Of a stretch of DNA of 64,000 bases, positions 20,630 through 29,851 are shown one piece after another. The position numbers and the translations under genes are program-made. Location of the stretch: assembly GCA_001793235.1 (NCBI GenBank), contig MGHM01000017.1, forward strand, positions 2,971 to 66,970, read 5' to 3'. Numbering within the stretch: position 1 is the first letter of the stretch; every line of letters starts with the position of its first letter. Under the pieces are notes generated by a model. That model saw only the letters and a list, made by a program, of their open reading frames with translations, had not been told where the DNA came from and did no database searches. This DNA comes from Candidatus Woesebacteria bacterium RIFCSPLOWO2_01_FULL_44_24b (GTDB taxonomy: Bacteria > Patescibacteriota > Microgenomatia > UBA8517).

Positions 20630-23600
20630 TTAATTTGAAGTTATAGGTGTATCAGTTGACCAAGCGGGGTCAGTGGTTTGAATGTTGGTTGAACTGCCTC
20701 TAGTGCCATTTCTGTTATTGCCAGATGAGTCCGCGAGTGTTTGCCCGGCGCCTTCATTTAAATGGTAAAGCACCACGGTATTCGCATCGGTTCCAAATAT
20801 CGAAGTTTGAGGAATGAAGTTAGCGGTATATCTGACATTATTTGAGATTCTTACTTCGTCCACAAGCCCTGGAAAATACTCCCCATTGTTATCTCCCGCA
20901 CGGCCTATGTTCAGGCGGCCACTGCTATTTGCAGGCGCTATCGTGCCAGTATCTGTATCTACTAACTGCCCGTTTACAAAAAATCTTCGGGTCCCGCTTG
21001 AATCACGAGTTATCGCAATGTGATACCACTGATTGAGCTGAACCGTTACACCTGAGCACTGCACAGAGTTACCTGCAGCCTGATAATACGCAAACTGGTC
21101 TCCAGCTCCGCAATCAAACCCTCCGCCATCCACATAAAGTGTAAACATCGCTTGATTGTAACTTGAATTTGCATCAGACATAAAAGTTTCATACCTTCCG
21201 GTATCTGTAGTTCTTTTTACCCATGCTTCGTAAGTGTAAACAGTTGAGAGAGGTAAATCCGTGAATCTGGCTAGGTCATTCGTGCCATCAAACTGCAAAC
21301 TTGTTCCGGACGATGGAGGAGTTGGCGTCGGGGTTGGACTTGGAGTCGGCGTCGGCGATGGTGTGGGCGTAGGGGTCGGTGTAGGTGTAGGGGTTGGGGT
21401 TGGAGTTGGTGCACCAAAAGTGATATCACTGGTTACATATACAGGACCTACCGGGTTGCCTCCTACATTTATAGTACCGTTCGTAGGTGAGCCAGTAACT
21501 GTTGCACTGTCCGAAGCAACTGTCCCGCTTCCTTCATTAAAATGATAGAGCCCAACTGTGTTTGTATCTGGTGCCCAAGCTCCAGTCGGCAAACCAAAAT
21601 TCTGGTCGTAGCGAACAATATTTGAAACACGAACTTCGTCAACTATTCCAGTATATGAAGGGTAAGCGCTCCCCGCATCGTGTTTTTCTGCACCTATCAC
21701 AAGATATGGATCGCTCCCGGGGTAGCTTGTAACTCTTGCATCACGATAGCTAACGTCTCCCATCAAGCCGCTAGCGGTTGCATCCAAGTTCCCATCAACA
21801 TAAACACTCAATTGACCAGTTAATCCGTTTCTTATTGCCGCCACATGATGCCAGGTATTATCTGCTACAAGAGTTGCCCCGCAAACAGTGTTGCCTGAAC
21901 TCCCCTGACTCACTCCAAATGCGACTTGCCCGTTTGTAAGGGAAACCCCATAGTCGCCATAATCGCCAGAGCCGAACACATCGCGGTCAAAAATAATATT
22001 TCCCGTAATCCAGCCAGCTTCAACTCCACAGGAGGCAACTCCACTATTTCCAGTCAACGGCGCTTTCATCCACCACTCAAGAGTGAAATCTCCTCCAACA
22101 TCAACGGGAGTTTGTGGGTCAATAGGGATTTTTACTCTGTCAATGTCGCCCGTGCCGTTTCCAAAAAACTGGAGTGCGTGCCCACCCGTTCCGGGCGTCG
22201 GTGTCGGGGTAGGAGTTGGCGAGGGAGTGGCGGTAGGAGTCGGGGTTGGTGTAGGTAACACGCCGGTGAGCGGTGTATTCATAGCTAATGCTATTTCAGA
22301 CTGATTTAAAGCTCTGTCATATACTCTGACTTCGTCCATCACACCGCTGAAGAAATCAAAGTTACTGCTTCCGCTAATCCATGCCCCAACTTGCAAAGTG
22401 TTTGTTAAACTTGCCAGACTCATGTTCTGCGGAGTACCAACTGGAGTACCGTTCAAATATGCCTGCATTTGAGAACCGTTGTAAGTAATGGCCACATGTT
22501 GCCAAGTTCCCGTGGGTACCGTACTACCTAGCACTATATCTGCCGAGCCGTTATAAAATGTCGGTACTCCGGTTCCTAGATAAAAGTCCCTGGGAGAACC
22601 TACCGTGGCAATTGTTTCATAACTTTGATTTGTGGGGTTATTTACCCAGGCCATGTAGGTAAACTGTGCGGGAAGCGGAAAGGAGGCCACCGAGCCGCGG
22701 TCGTCTGAGCCGTCCAAGTTTAAGCCTCCACCATACTTCCCTGTAGTATTCCAGATTGGGCTACCAGCAAGTGCCAGGTTTCTATTGTTGCCTGATGAGT
22801 CATTTGCAGTCGTACCGCTGCCGTCTTCAAATGCATAACCTGCCAAAAGGCCGGTTGCCGGAGGCGGTGTTGGAGTAGGTGTTGGTGTTGCTCCAGGTTG
22901 ATAAGTTGCAACATAAGACTGAGGAGTGTCTGGAGCCGTGATTGTGTGTGTTGCTGCTCCACCGTCGCTCCACGAGACAAAATCAAACCCTCCCTGAGAA
23001 AGAGGTGCCTCAATATTGTGTTGAAAATTAACTACAGTATTTAGTACAGTTGGAGTAACTTTAACAAAGCCGTCAATGTTTACCGTGAGTCCTGTTGGAG
23101 ATGTGTCAAAACTCAAGTCGACGGTTTCCGGAATAATGTTTACTGCGTTTGTCGCTTTCAAGCCGTCTGAGTCAGTTACCGTCAACACAAACTGAAATTG
23201 CATTTCATTGTTTATTTCATGCCCAGAGGTAGGAACGCCAAACACTCCACTTGAGCCGCTAACCGGGCCCGCTTCAGGATGAGTATGGCTTAAGTGAATC
23301 AAGAAAACATCCCAAGAATAATTCGCTTCAGCCAAAGTCCCGTCAGCATCAGACGCGCTCGAGCTAAAATTGGCATTCTCCCCGGCTCTGAATGTAATTT
23401 GACCGCCTGGCTGGTCAGACGGAGTAGTTACCGAAATTAAATCAATCACAGGAGGAGTGCCAACAATTATTGTGATGGGGTCGGACAAAGTCTGATTCAC
23501 ACCATCCGAAACCGTAAGCCTCGCGGTATATTGTCCTTTTTGCTGATACTCATGGCTTGGGTTTTGTTGAGTGGACGGAGGAGTACCATCGCCAAATTCC

Positions 23601-24898
23601 CAAGAGTAGGTAATAGGCTGACTTTCAGGATCAGTCGCGCTGGCTGTAAAGTTGACCGTAAGCGGTGCATTCGGCCCGCTGGTTGGATTCGCGCTGGCTG
23701 TAGCAATCACCGGTGGCTGATTTGCCGCGGTGTACTTTATTCTTCTCACAGTCCCCGGGTTACTCTGCCCTTCCCAAGAAATACCAATGTCTACATAATA
23801 AAGAGCCCCATCCGGCCCCTGTTCAAAATCAACTATTTCACCATACGGCCCATTTACAGTCCCATTGGCAGGTTCAAAATTAAAGGTGCCGTTTAGAACT
23901 CCAGTTGTGGGATCAAGATCAAGCCCGCGCACGAAGTTTCGCACATAATCTCCATAAAAATAGTCTCCTTGGTAACTCGCGGGGAAGTTGCCTCCGCGAT
24001 ACACAAAACCTCCAGTTACTGACGCGTCGCTGCCACCGTGGGGATAAGAAAAAAGCGGATTAGTCATGCCTGCCGTCCCGCAGCTTCCCTCACAAACTGG
24101 CCAGCCATAATTAGCCCCCGCTACTGCCACATTTATTTCTTCTATCGAATTTGCTGCGTCATTACCGCCAACATCTCCGATATAAATCTTTCCCGTCGGA
24201 GCATCCAACGAAATCCTGAATGGATTCCTAAGTCCCCTCGCCCAAATATAATCATAATTGGGTCCTGCATCGTCCCAAAAAGGATTATCCTGAGGAGTTG
24301 TGCCGTCTGTGTTTACTCTTAAAATTTTTCCTTGGTAACTGGTCAAGCTTTGTGAATTATTTGCAGCATCAAAGCCGTCCCCGGTTGAAATATAAAGTTT
24401 GCCGTCAGGGCCAACTATAACCGAGCCCCCATGATGCCAAAGATCGGCATCCTGAGGTGCCTCCCAAACTAGAAACTCACTACCTACACTTGCCGTGTTG
24501 CCGGTTGCCGTAAAGCGCGCTACTCTATCACGAAGAGGCGAGCCATGGGTGTAAAAAAGATAAAAAAAGCCGTTTGTTGTAAAATTTGAGTCAAGATCAA
24601 TCCCGGTTAATCCCCGCTCACCTTGATCAATATTAATATTAGTTATTTGCATAAATGGCGTGGGGTCAACTACTGAAGCTCCTGCTTGCACAATATGAAC
24701 TGTTCCATCACGCTCTAAAACTAACATCCTGCCATCCGGCAAAAATTCAATTGTAGTAGGCTGGTCAAGGCCGGTAATTAGGGTTTCACTGACAAAGTCT
24801 GGTGGAGGAGCGGCTTGCGCAATTTTGGGGGTTAAAAGAAATACTCCCTGCTGGAGCAAAATACTTAATATACCAAGATAGTATGCAAATTTTCGCAG
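20630..24898 (-). CDS. Large secreted protein: PQQ-type glucose/sorbosone dehydrogenase beta-propeller + PKD + three LamG-like domains with Pro-Thr linkers
   Basis: GERGL, HHGG, GPDGKLYISTGD, GLRNPFR, NYGWP; PKD WEFGDG; WxHVA/DEVR LamG motifs; the signal peptide suggests a CTG start at 24898 (ORF track uses TTG 24859). Confidence 0.85.
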   Translation of the reverse strand: MRKFAYYLGILSILLQQGVFLLTPKIAQAAPPPDFVSETLITGLDQPTTIEFLPDGRMLVLERDGTVHIVQAGASVVDPTPFMQITNINIDQGERGLTGIDLDSNFTTNGFFYLFYTHGSPLRDRVARFTATGNTASVGSEFLVWEAPQDADLWHHGGSVIVGPDGKLYISTGDGFDAANNSQSLTSYQGKILRVNTDGTTPQDNPFWDDAGPNYDYIWARGLRNPFRISLDAPTGKIYIGDVGGNDAANSIEEINVAVAGANYGWPVCEGSCGTAGMTNPLFSYPHGGSDASVTGGFVYRGGNFPASYQGDYFYGDYVRNFVRGLDLDPTTGVLNGTFNFEPANGTVNGPYGEIVDFEQGPDGALYYVDIGISWEGQSNPGTVRRIKYTAANQPPVIATASANPTSGPNAPLTVNFTASATDPESQPITYSWEFGDGTPPSTQQNPSHEYQQKGQYTARLTVSDGVNQTLSDPITIIVGTPPVIDLISVTTPSDQPGGQITFRAGENANFSSSASDADGTLAEANYSWDVFLIHLSHTHPEAGPVSGSSGVFGVPTSGHEINNEMQFQFVLTVTDSDGLKATNAVNIIPETVDLSFDTSPTGLTVNIDGFVKVTPTVLNTVVNFQHNIEAPLSQGGFDFVSWSDGGAATHTITAPDTPQSYVATYQPGATPTPTPTPPPATGLLAGYAFEDGSGTTANDSSGNNRNLALAGSPIWNTTGKYGGGLNLDGSDDRGSVASFPLPAQFTYMAWVNNPTNQSYETIATVGSPRDFYLGTGVPTFYNGSADIVLGSTVPTGTWQHVAITYNGSQMQAYLNGTPVGTPQNMSLASLTNTLQVGAWISGSSNFDFFSGVMDEVRVYDRALNQSEIALAMNTPLTGVLPTPTPTPTATPSPTPTPTPTPGTGGHALQFFGNGTGDIDRVKIPIDPQTPVDVGGDFTLEWWMKAPLTGNSGVASCGVEAGWITGNIIFDRDVFGSGDYGDYGVSLTNGQVAFGVSQGSSGNTVCGATLVADNTWHHVAAIRNGLTGQLSVYVDGNLDATASGLMGDVSYRDARVTSYPGSDPYLVIGAEKHDAGSAYPSYTGIVDEVRVSNIVRYDQNFGLPTGAWAPDTNTVGLYHFNEGSGTVASDSATVTGSPTNGTINVGGNPVGPVYVTSDITFGAPTPTPTPTPTPTPTPTPSPTPTPSPTPTPTPPSSGTSLQFDGTNDLARFTDLPLSTVYTYEAWVKRTTDTGRYETFMSDANSSYNQAMFTLYVDGGGFDCGAGDQFAYYQAAGNSVQCSGVTVQLNQWYHIAITRDSSGTRRFFVNGQLVDTDTGTIAPANSSGRLNIGRAGDNNGEYFPGLVDEVRISNNVRYTANFIPQTSIFGTDANTVVLYHLNEGAGQTLADSSGNNRNGTRGSSTNIQTTDPAWSTDTPITSN

Positions 24899-24954
24899 AT
24901 AGTATAAAGTTATAAGACACGAAACACTTTGTCAATAGGGAAAGGTAATCTTAA

Positions 24955-25530
24955 TTACAATCCTAACTCGGAAGAAATTTGTTGCATAGCTCTGAGAGCT
25001 ATTTCTATAAATTCCCTTAGAGGAATCTTAAGATATTCTTCACATTTTTCAATCTGCTCCCGGTTTGCACCAGCCGCAAAGCTTTTTTCTTTCCATTTCT
25101 TCATAACAGAGTCCACCGTGACCACTGATATATCTGCATTTTTAACAAGTGCAACTGCAACGATTAGACCAGTGAGCTCGTCACTACAGTAAAGGGACCA
25201 CTGCATTTTGTTCGTGGGCTTAGGCGCATCTTCCACGTAGCCCCAGGCATGGCTTGCAATTGTGTCGCTAATATCGGTTGTTCCTTGAATCTTTTTCAGC
25301 CATTCTATCGTCAGTTTAGTGTGATCTGTGGTTACCCTTTCAGTGCCCTTAAGCTCCTCATAATCAGCGTCGTGCAAGAGCCCCGCAATCCCCCAAGTGT
25401 CTTCATCCTCGCCAAAGTGCTTAGCAAGAGCGCGCATCACGGCTTCAACCGCATGGCAATGCCTACGCAAGTTAACGTTACCCATATGCTCATGCAAAAG
25501 ATCGAGCGCCTCATCCCTCGTTATTGTCAT
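24955..25530 (-). CDS. HD (HDIG) domain phosphohydrolase
   Basis: RRHC, GLLHDAD, IASH, DELTG, KSFAAG. Confidence 0.88.
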   Translation of the reverse strand: MTITRDEALDLLHEHMGNVNLRRHCHAVEAVMRALAKHFGEDEDTWGIAGLLHDADYEELKGTERVTTDHTKLTIEWLKKIQGTTDISDTIASHAWGYVEDAPKPTNKMQWSLYCSDELTGLIVAVALVKNADISVVTVDSVMKKWKEKSFAAGANREQIEKCEEYLKIPLREFIEIALRAMQQISSELGL

Positions 25531-25961
25531 AGTTTAGTATACTCCGATCTTAATGCTACGAGCCCATGGTCTACCAGCAAATCACTGACCAAATATCTAT
25601 CTTCACTGTTTAGATCGTTTTTGTTCAAAATACGGAATCTGGATTGTCCTTTCTGTTTGTCAGGGGCTTCCACTCGGAAAGAAACTCTGGAAGACTGACC
25701 TATTATAATAGTCCCTGTGTATTCATAAACGACTTCCATCAAATCAGAAATAGAGACTTCCTCATCGGGATCCGTTGATAACACAAATAAATATCGCGAG
25801 AGGGGTTCTTTGGCCATCCCCGGGATTTTTATAAGAATCCCTTCATAGTAGTCTGGTATTGGTTGCTCCAGACCAAACACACCCATGTTTTTCCTGTTTG
25901 TACGCGCTTCAACAAGTGTTAAGCCTCCTCGAGTATCTGTCTTTAATCTTTCAGCTAACAT
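25527..25961 (-). CDS. Hypothetical protein
   Basis: ORF from MLAERLK; overlaps the HD gene start (ATGA). Confidence 0.6.
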   Translation of the reverse strand: MLAERLKTDTRGGLTLVEARTNRKNMGVFGLEQPIPDYYEGILIKIPGMAKEPLSRYLFVLSTDPDEEVSISDLMEVVYEYTGTIIIGQSSRVSFRVEAPDKQKGQSRFRILNKNDLNSEDRYLVSDLLVDHGLVALRSEYTKL

Positions 25962-25972
25962 GATTATCAATA

Positions 25973-25997
25973 AAAAACCCCGATTTGATCGGGGTTC
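25973..25997 (-). terminator. Intrinsic terminator downstream of greA
   Basis: AACCCCGAT-CAA-ATCGGGGTT hairpin followed by a T-run on the minus strand. Confidence 0.8.
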
Positions 25998-26025
25998 TGT
26001 AAACGGTACAAGAAGTACAACCCCG

Positions 26026-26508
26026 TTAGGAGCTTGGCTTCTTAATCTCAAGAATTTTATAAATTAGCTTGCCCGCAGGAGCTTCTACCTCTATGGTCTC
26101 GCCAACTTTCTTGCCTACCAACTGCTTTCCGAGAGGCGACTCGTGTGAAATTTTCTTCTGGGCGGGGTCCGCTTCCCACTCTCCCACAATGTTAAATTCA
26201 TGACGGTCGCCATTGGCTTGAACAATTACGGTTGTCCCGATACCAACTTTACCGTTTCCGTTGCCGTTATCGGCAACCACATCTGCGTTTTCTACAACGT
26301 TTTTCAGCTCATCAATGCGGCCATCCAAAAACTCAAGCTCTTCACGAGCGTTAATATAGTCACTATTTTCTGACAAATCACCCTCTTGTCGGGCACGCTC
26401 CAGCCGCTCGACTAACTTTGGTCTTTTAACACCGACCAACTCGTCAAGCTCAACCTTAAGGGCTTCTAGCCCGCTTTTAGTTACTTGTACTTGTTTTTGT
26501 GTATCCAT
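26026..26508 (-). CDS. greA: Transcription elongation factor GreA
   Basis: GDLSENSDY, IVGEWEADP, ISHESPLG. Confidence 0.96.
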   Translation of the reverse strand: MDTQKQVQVTKSGLEALKVELDELVGVKRPKLVERLERARQEGDLSENSDYINAREELEFLDGRIDELKNVVENADVVADNGNGNGKVGIGTTVIVQANGDRHEFNIVGEWEADPAQKKISHESPLGKQLVGKKVGETIEVEAPAGKLIYKILEIKKPSS

Positions 26509-26524
26509 TGTCTTTTTCCCTCTC

Positions 26525-26692
26525 AAAAAAAATCCCCCTCTGTTTTAAGTTCAGGGGAGTGAATAAAAAACCACTCCCTTCAGCTGATATTCTTGCAATT
26601 GCTGAAAAAATCCATTGAGAGGGGTGTTATATTCATGGGAAGTAACTTAATTACTAAGACAGAAGTATACTAAAATCCTCCTTCCTTGTCAA
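26525..26692 (-). promoter_or_regulatory. greA promoter and attenuator-like leader with uORF
   Basis: TTGACA(26692)-17-TATACT; uORF 26636-26580 (MNITPLSMDFFSNCKNIS); overlapping hairpins 26578-26555 and 26558-26533 plus T8. Confidence 0.65.
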
Positions 26693-26697
26693 TGGCC

Positions 26698-28194
26698 TTA
26701 GTGGGTATTTCGCTGAAAATTTCCCTCATTGGTTAAGCGCCTGAGAGGAGATGGATCAAGCTTATGAAGCTCCTCGACACTCCCGACATTGCGAAATACA
26801 AGCGCCAAAATTGCATCTTCATTAAGTAAATGCAGATTGTAAGTCAAAGTCGGCTGAGTAAACTTGACATAGTTCATTTGTGCTTTAGTTGTTTCACCTT
26901 CAACAAAAGCAGGGATATTGAAAGGCATAAGCTTTCCATCTAAGTACTTAGTCCTTGCAGAGGCCTCTCCGCCGTAAGGCTTAAATAACTTTCCCGATTT
27001 ATCAGAACAATAAAGAGCGCCACCAGGAGACTCAATTGTTCCTCCTGAAACCGCTCGCGAAACGCCAATGCCTGAAGCCCCGAGAAGCAAGGTAGTTGCA
27101 ATGTGATCTGAGGCCCCGCCTTCAACTATAACCGGAATGTTCACTTCCCCGCGAAGCTGCCAAACCAGCTCCGGCCAGTCGACCACTGACCCGCTTCTGA
27201 CCCCGGTGATGCACCTCCCGCCGCCGCCAATACCTACAAACAAGCCATCAGCACCCGCCGCCTGAACTGCCTTTGCCTGAACCACACTTACAATCTGACC
27301 GGCAAATATTTCAACTTTTTGACCAAATTCTTTTCTCAAGGACTTAACTGTCGTGACCACACCCGACCCGGGCTCTGGGGAATAAACTCTAAAGCTTCTA
27401 ACTCCGGCTTTGTAGAGCGCGATTGCCCGCTCAAGAGCTTTCGCAGGGTCGGCCGACAAAGTACCACACACGTTTTTTTGCCAATAAGCTGCAATTTTGC
27501 GCCTGTCTTTTCTGCCCTTCAAAACAGCTTTTTCGATTCGCTCTAACCAATCAAAGACCTCGCCTGCCAAGTCCACCTGCCGCTTTATTTCCGAAGTTAG
27601 GCCATTCCTGGGAATTGCGGATAAGCAATGACTGGCAGCCATAGTGGCAATGGCAGCGGCACTATTCCAAACATCTGGGGACGCCGAGCCCACAAAAATA
27701 CTTCTGGCCTGCCTGCCCAATTTCACAAATGGCCCTTGGGCATAGCGCTCTGTGCGGCTCGTTCGCGCCTTTTCGCCACCAACAACGGTTGCACCAAGGT
27801 CACCAATCGAGAACGCAAGTCCGTCGGCAAGCGAGCGCTCCACCACATCGGATTGCACCTTTGGAGGAAGAGAAAAGTCACTTTTATCGACGTTATATAG
27901 GAATTTCATCCGGTAAGGATGATTGAACATGGTCAGAAAAAACATGCGCATGCGTAGAGTCTGAACAATACGCTCCTGTGGCAGCATTTGAAGAGATTCA
28001 TAGGAAATATAATCATGCGGGGTAATAAGGAGACCCTGACTTGGGTAAACATGCTCGGCGTCTTTACTGAAGTGAATCCATGGAGCCAGATATCTTTCGA
28101 TATTTTCCTCGTCTTTTTTAAGGAGATTTTTTATTCTGTCTTTGCCCTCTTTACTGTCTCGGAGCTTAACAAAATCTTCCTGCAATCTATTCAC
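26698..28194 (-). CDS. Divergent IMP dehydrogenase / GMP reductase family protein with N-terminal extension
   Basis: AGADGLFVGIGGGGRCIT (cf. GIGPGSICTT), IPVIVEGG, ESPG, KPYGGEAS, FVEG. Confidence 0.75.
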   Translation of the reverse strand: MNRLQEDFVKLRDSKEGKDRIKNLLKKDEENIERYLAPWIHFSKDAEHVYPSQGLLITPHDYISYESLQMLPQERIVQTLRMRMFFLTMFNHPYRMKFLYNVDKSDFSLPPKVQSDVVERSLADGLAFSIGDLGATVVGGEKARTSRTERYAQGPFVKLGRQARSIFVGSASPDVWNSAAAIATMAASHCLSAIPRNGLTSEIKRQVDLAGEVFDWLERIEKAVLKGRKDRRKIAAYWQKNVCGTLSADPAKALERAIALYKAGVRSFRVYSPEPGSGVVTTVKSLRKEFGQKVEIFAGQIVSVVQAKAVQAAGADGLFVGIGGGGRCITGVRSGSVVDWPELVWQLRGEVNIPVIVEGGASDHIATTLLLGASGIGVSRAVSGGTIESPGGALYCSDKSGKLFKPYGGEASARTKYLDGKLMPFNIPAFVEGETTKAQMNYVKFTQPTLTYNLHLLNEDAILALVFRNVGSVEELHKLDPSPLRRLTNEGNFQRNTH

Positions 28195-28218
28195 GCTTAT
28201 ACTATACTATATTCCATA

Positions 28219-28773
28219 GTGAAAAAAATAATCTTTGGTACCACAAATGCGGGCAAACTTGCCGAGGCTCAAAGTGTACTTGGCATGAAAGTGGAAGGTG
28301 TGAGCCTCGACATTGACGAAGTGCAGTCTCCGGATACGGCTTACGTGGCTACAAAAAAAGCCCAAGATTATTGGAAAAAAATAAAAAAACCGCTTTTTGT
28401 CGAGGATTTGGGCTTAACTTTCAAGGCATTTAAAAATCTTCCCGGGGTTTATATTAGAGACTTCCTGGAAAACTTGGGCAATGAGGGCTTAATAAAAATA
28501 ATTCCAAAAGGCAAGTCCAGAGAAGCTACGGCCGTAACGGTACTTGCCTATTATGCTGGCCGCGGCGAGCCCAAGCTTTTTAAAGGTGAAGTAAAAGGCA
28601 CAATTGCCCAAAAGACCAAAGGCGACAAAGGCTTTGGCTGGGACCCGATTTTTATCCCGAAGGGAAGTAAAAAAACATTCGGCCAGATGGAAATGGAAGA
28701 AAAAAACAAGTATTCAATGAGAAGAAAAGCCCTGGAAAAACTTCACAAGTGGCTCAAAGAAAAGAAGATGTGA
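28219..28773 (+). CDS. rdgB: Non-canonical purine NTP pyrophosphatase (Ham1/RdgB)
   Basis: TTNAGKL, FVEDLGL, LPGVY, GFGWDPIF, KNKYSMR; GTG start at 28219. Confidence 0.92.
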   Translation: MKKIIFGTTNAGKLAEAQSVLGMKVEGVSLDIDEVQSPDTAYVATKKAQDYWKKIKKPLFVEDLGLTFKAFKNLPGVYIRDFLENLGNEGLIKIIPKGKSREATAVTVLAYYAGRGEPKLFKGEVKGTIAQKTKGDKGFGWDPIFIPKGSKKTFGQMEMEEKNKYSMRRKALEKLHKWLKEKKM

Positions 28774-28843
28774 CGCTATCGGGAGTCGAACCCGAGTTTG
28801 TGGGATGAGAACCCACTGTCCTGGACCACTAGACGATAGCGCC
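28771..28843 (-). tRNA. tRNA-Glu(CTC)
   Basis: GGCGCTA/TAGCGTC acceptor stem, anticodon arm GTGGG-TTCTCAT-CCCAC, T-loop GGTTCGACTCC. Confidence 0.95.
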
Positions 28844-28870
28844 GTACCAGGATTATACCAAATTTGGGTG

Positions 28871-29025
28871 TTGACAGCACTTTTTATAAGTTGCTATAGT
28901 TATTTTTTAGGAGCCGAAAGTTTTAAAAGCTTCTAAAAATGAACAACAACTCACCAAATATTGGCAAACGGCGTCAAGATAGATACCGTTTTAATTTTTA
29001 AAAGAGCCTTGGGGCTCTTTTTTTT
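28871..29025 (+). promoter_or_regulatory. Promoter + Arg-rich leader peptide + intrinsic terminator (attenuator)
   Basis: TTGACA 28871 ... TATAGT; uORF 28939-29001 (MNNNSPNIGKRRQDRYRFNF); hairpin AAAAGAGCC-TTGG-GGCTCTTTT plus T-run. Confidence 0.65.
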
Positions 29026-29035
29026 GCGCCTAAAA

Positions 29036-29851
29036 ATGAAAACGAAGCATATTAGAAAAGTACTCCTCTGCGAGCCTTCGCATTTTTCCGTAGATTATGT
29101 AATTAATCCCTGGATGAAGATTGGAAGTATCAACAAAACTAAGGCAACTTCCCAGTGGAAGAATCTTGCAAACACTTTAACAAAACTTGCTATAAAGATC
29201 GAAATTATAAAACCCGCCAAAGGGTTGCCCGACATGGTCTTTGCTGCTGACCAGGCATTGATTAAATATAAAAACTTGGTTTTAAGTAATTTTCACTATC
29301 CCCAAAGGCGAAGGGAAATTAAAAAATATCTACCTTGGTTTAAGAAACAAAATTTCAAAATCTACAAACTTCCCAAAAAATGTTTTTTTGAAGGAAGCGG
29401 AGAATGTGTGTGGTATGGGGACCTATTGTTTGTAGGAACCGGATTTAGAAATTCCACCGGTGTTTGCAAATTTTTATCGGTATACCTAAATGTAGAGACA
29501 AAATGCCTCGAACTTATTAATCCTAAGTTTTATCACCTTGACACCTGCCTATTTCCACTTAATGACACGACTGCATTTTATTATCCTCTAGCATTCTCGC
29601 AAAAAAGCCAAAGAGTTTTGAAAAAGTTAGTTAAAAATTTAATCCCTCTAGCAGATGACGAAGCAAATAATTTTGCAGCCAATAGTTTGGTAACCGATCA
29701 TCGTGTAATTATGCAAAAGGGAAACAAAAATTTCGCCGTCAAGCTGAAAGATTTGGGCTACAAAACAGTGGAGGTAGATGTCTCAGAATTTATGAAATCT
29801 GGTGGTGGGATTCATTGCTTAGTGCAAACTTTAGAGGAGGAATATGCCTGA
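29036..29851 (+). CDS. Amidinotransferase/pentein family enzyme (arginine dihydrolase / DDAH-like)
   Basis: VDYVINPWM, PDMVF, FEGSGE, FYHLDT, EFMKSGGGIHCL (catalytic Cys). Confidence 0.9.
   Translation: MKTKHIRKVLLCEPSHFSVDYVINPWMKIGSINKTKATSQWKNLANTLTKLAIKIEIIKPAKGLPDMVFAADQALIKYKNLVLSNFHYPQRRREIKKYLPWFKKQNFKIYKLPKKCFFEGSGECVWYGDLLFVGTGFRNSTGVCKFLSVYLNVETKCLELINPKFYHLDTCLFPLNDTTAFYYPLAFSQKSQRVLKKLVKNLIPLADDEANNFAANSLVTDHRVIMQKGNKNFAVKLKDLGYKTVEVDVSEFMKSGGGIHCLVQTLEEEYA

Noticed and set aside
21310..22890. CRISPR-like or DNA repeat arrays
   Set aside because: These are degenerate codons for Pro-Thr linkers in the large surface protein; there is no constant repeat-spacer structure and no cas gene
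27988..28218. Extended N-terminus of rdgB overlapping the IMPDH-like gene
   Set aside because: The Ham1 motif starts right after GTG 28219
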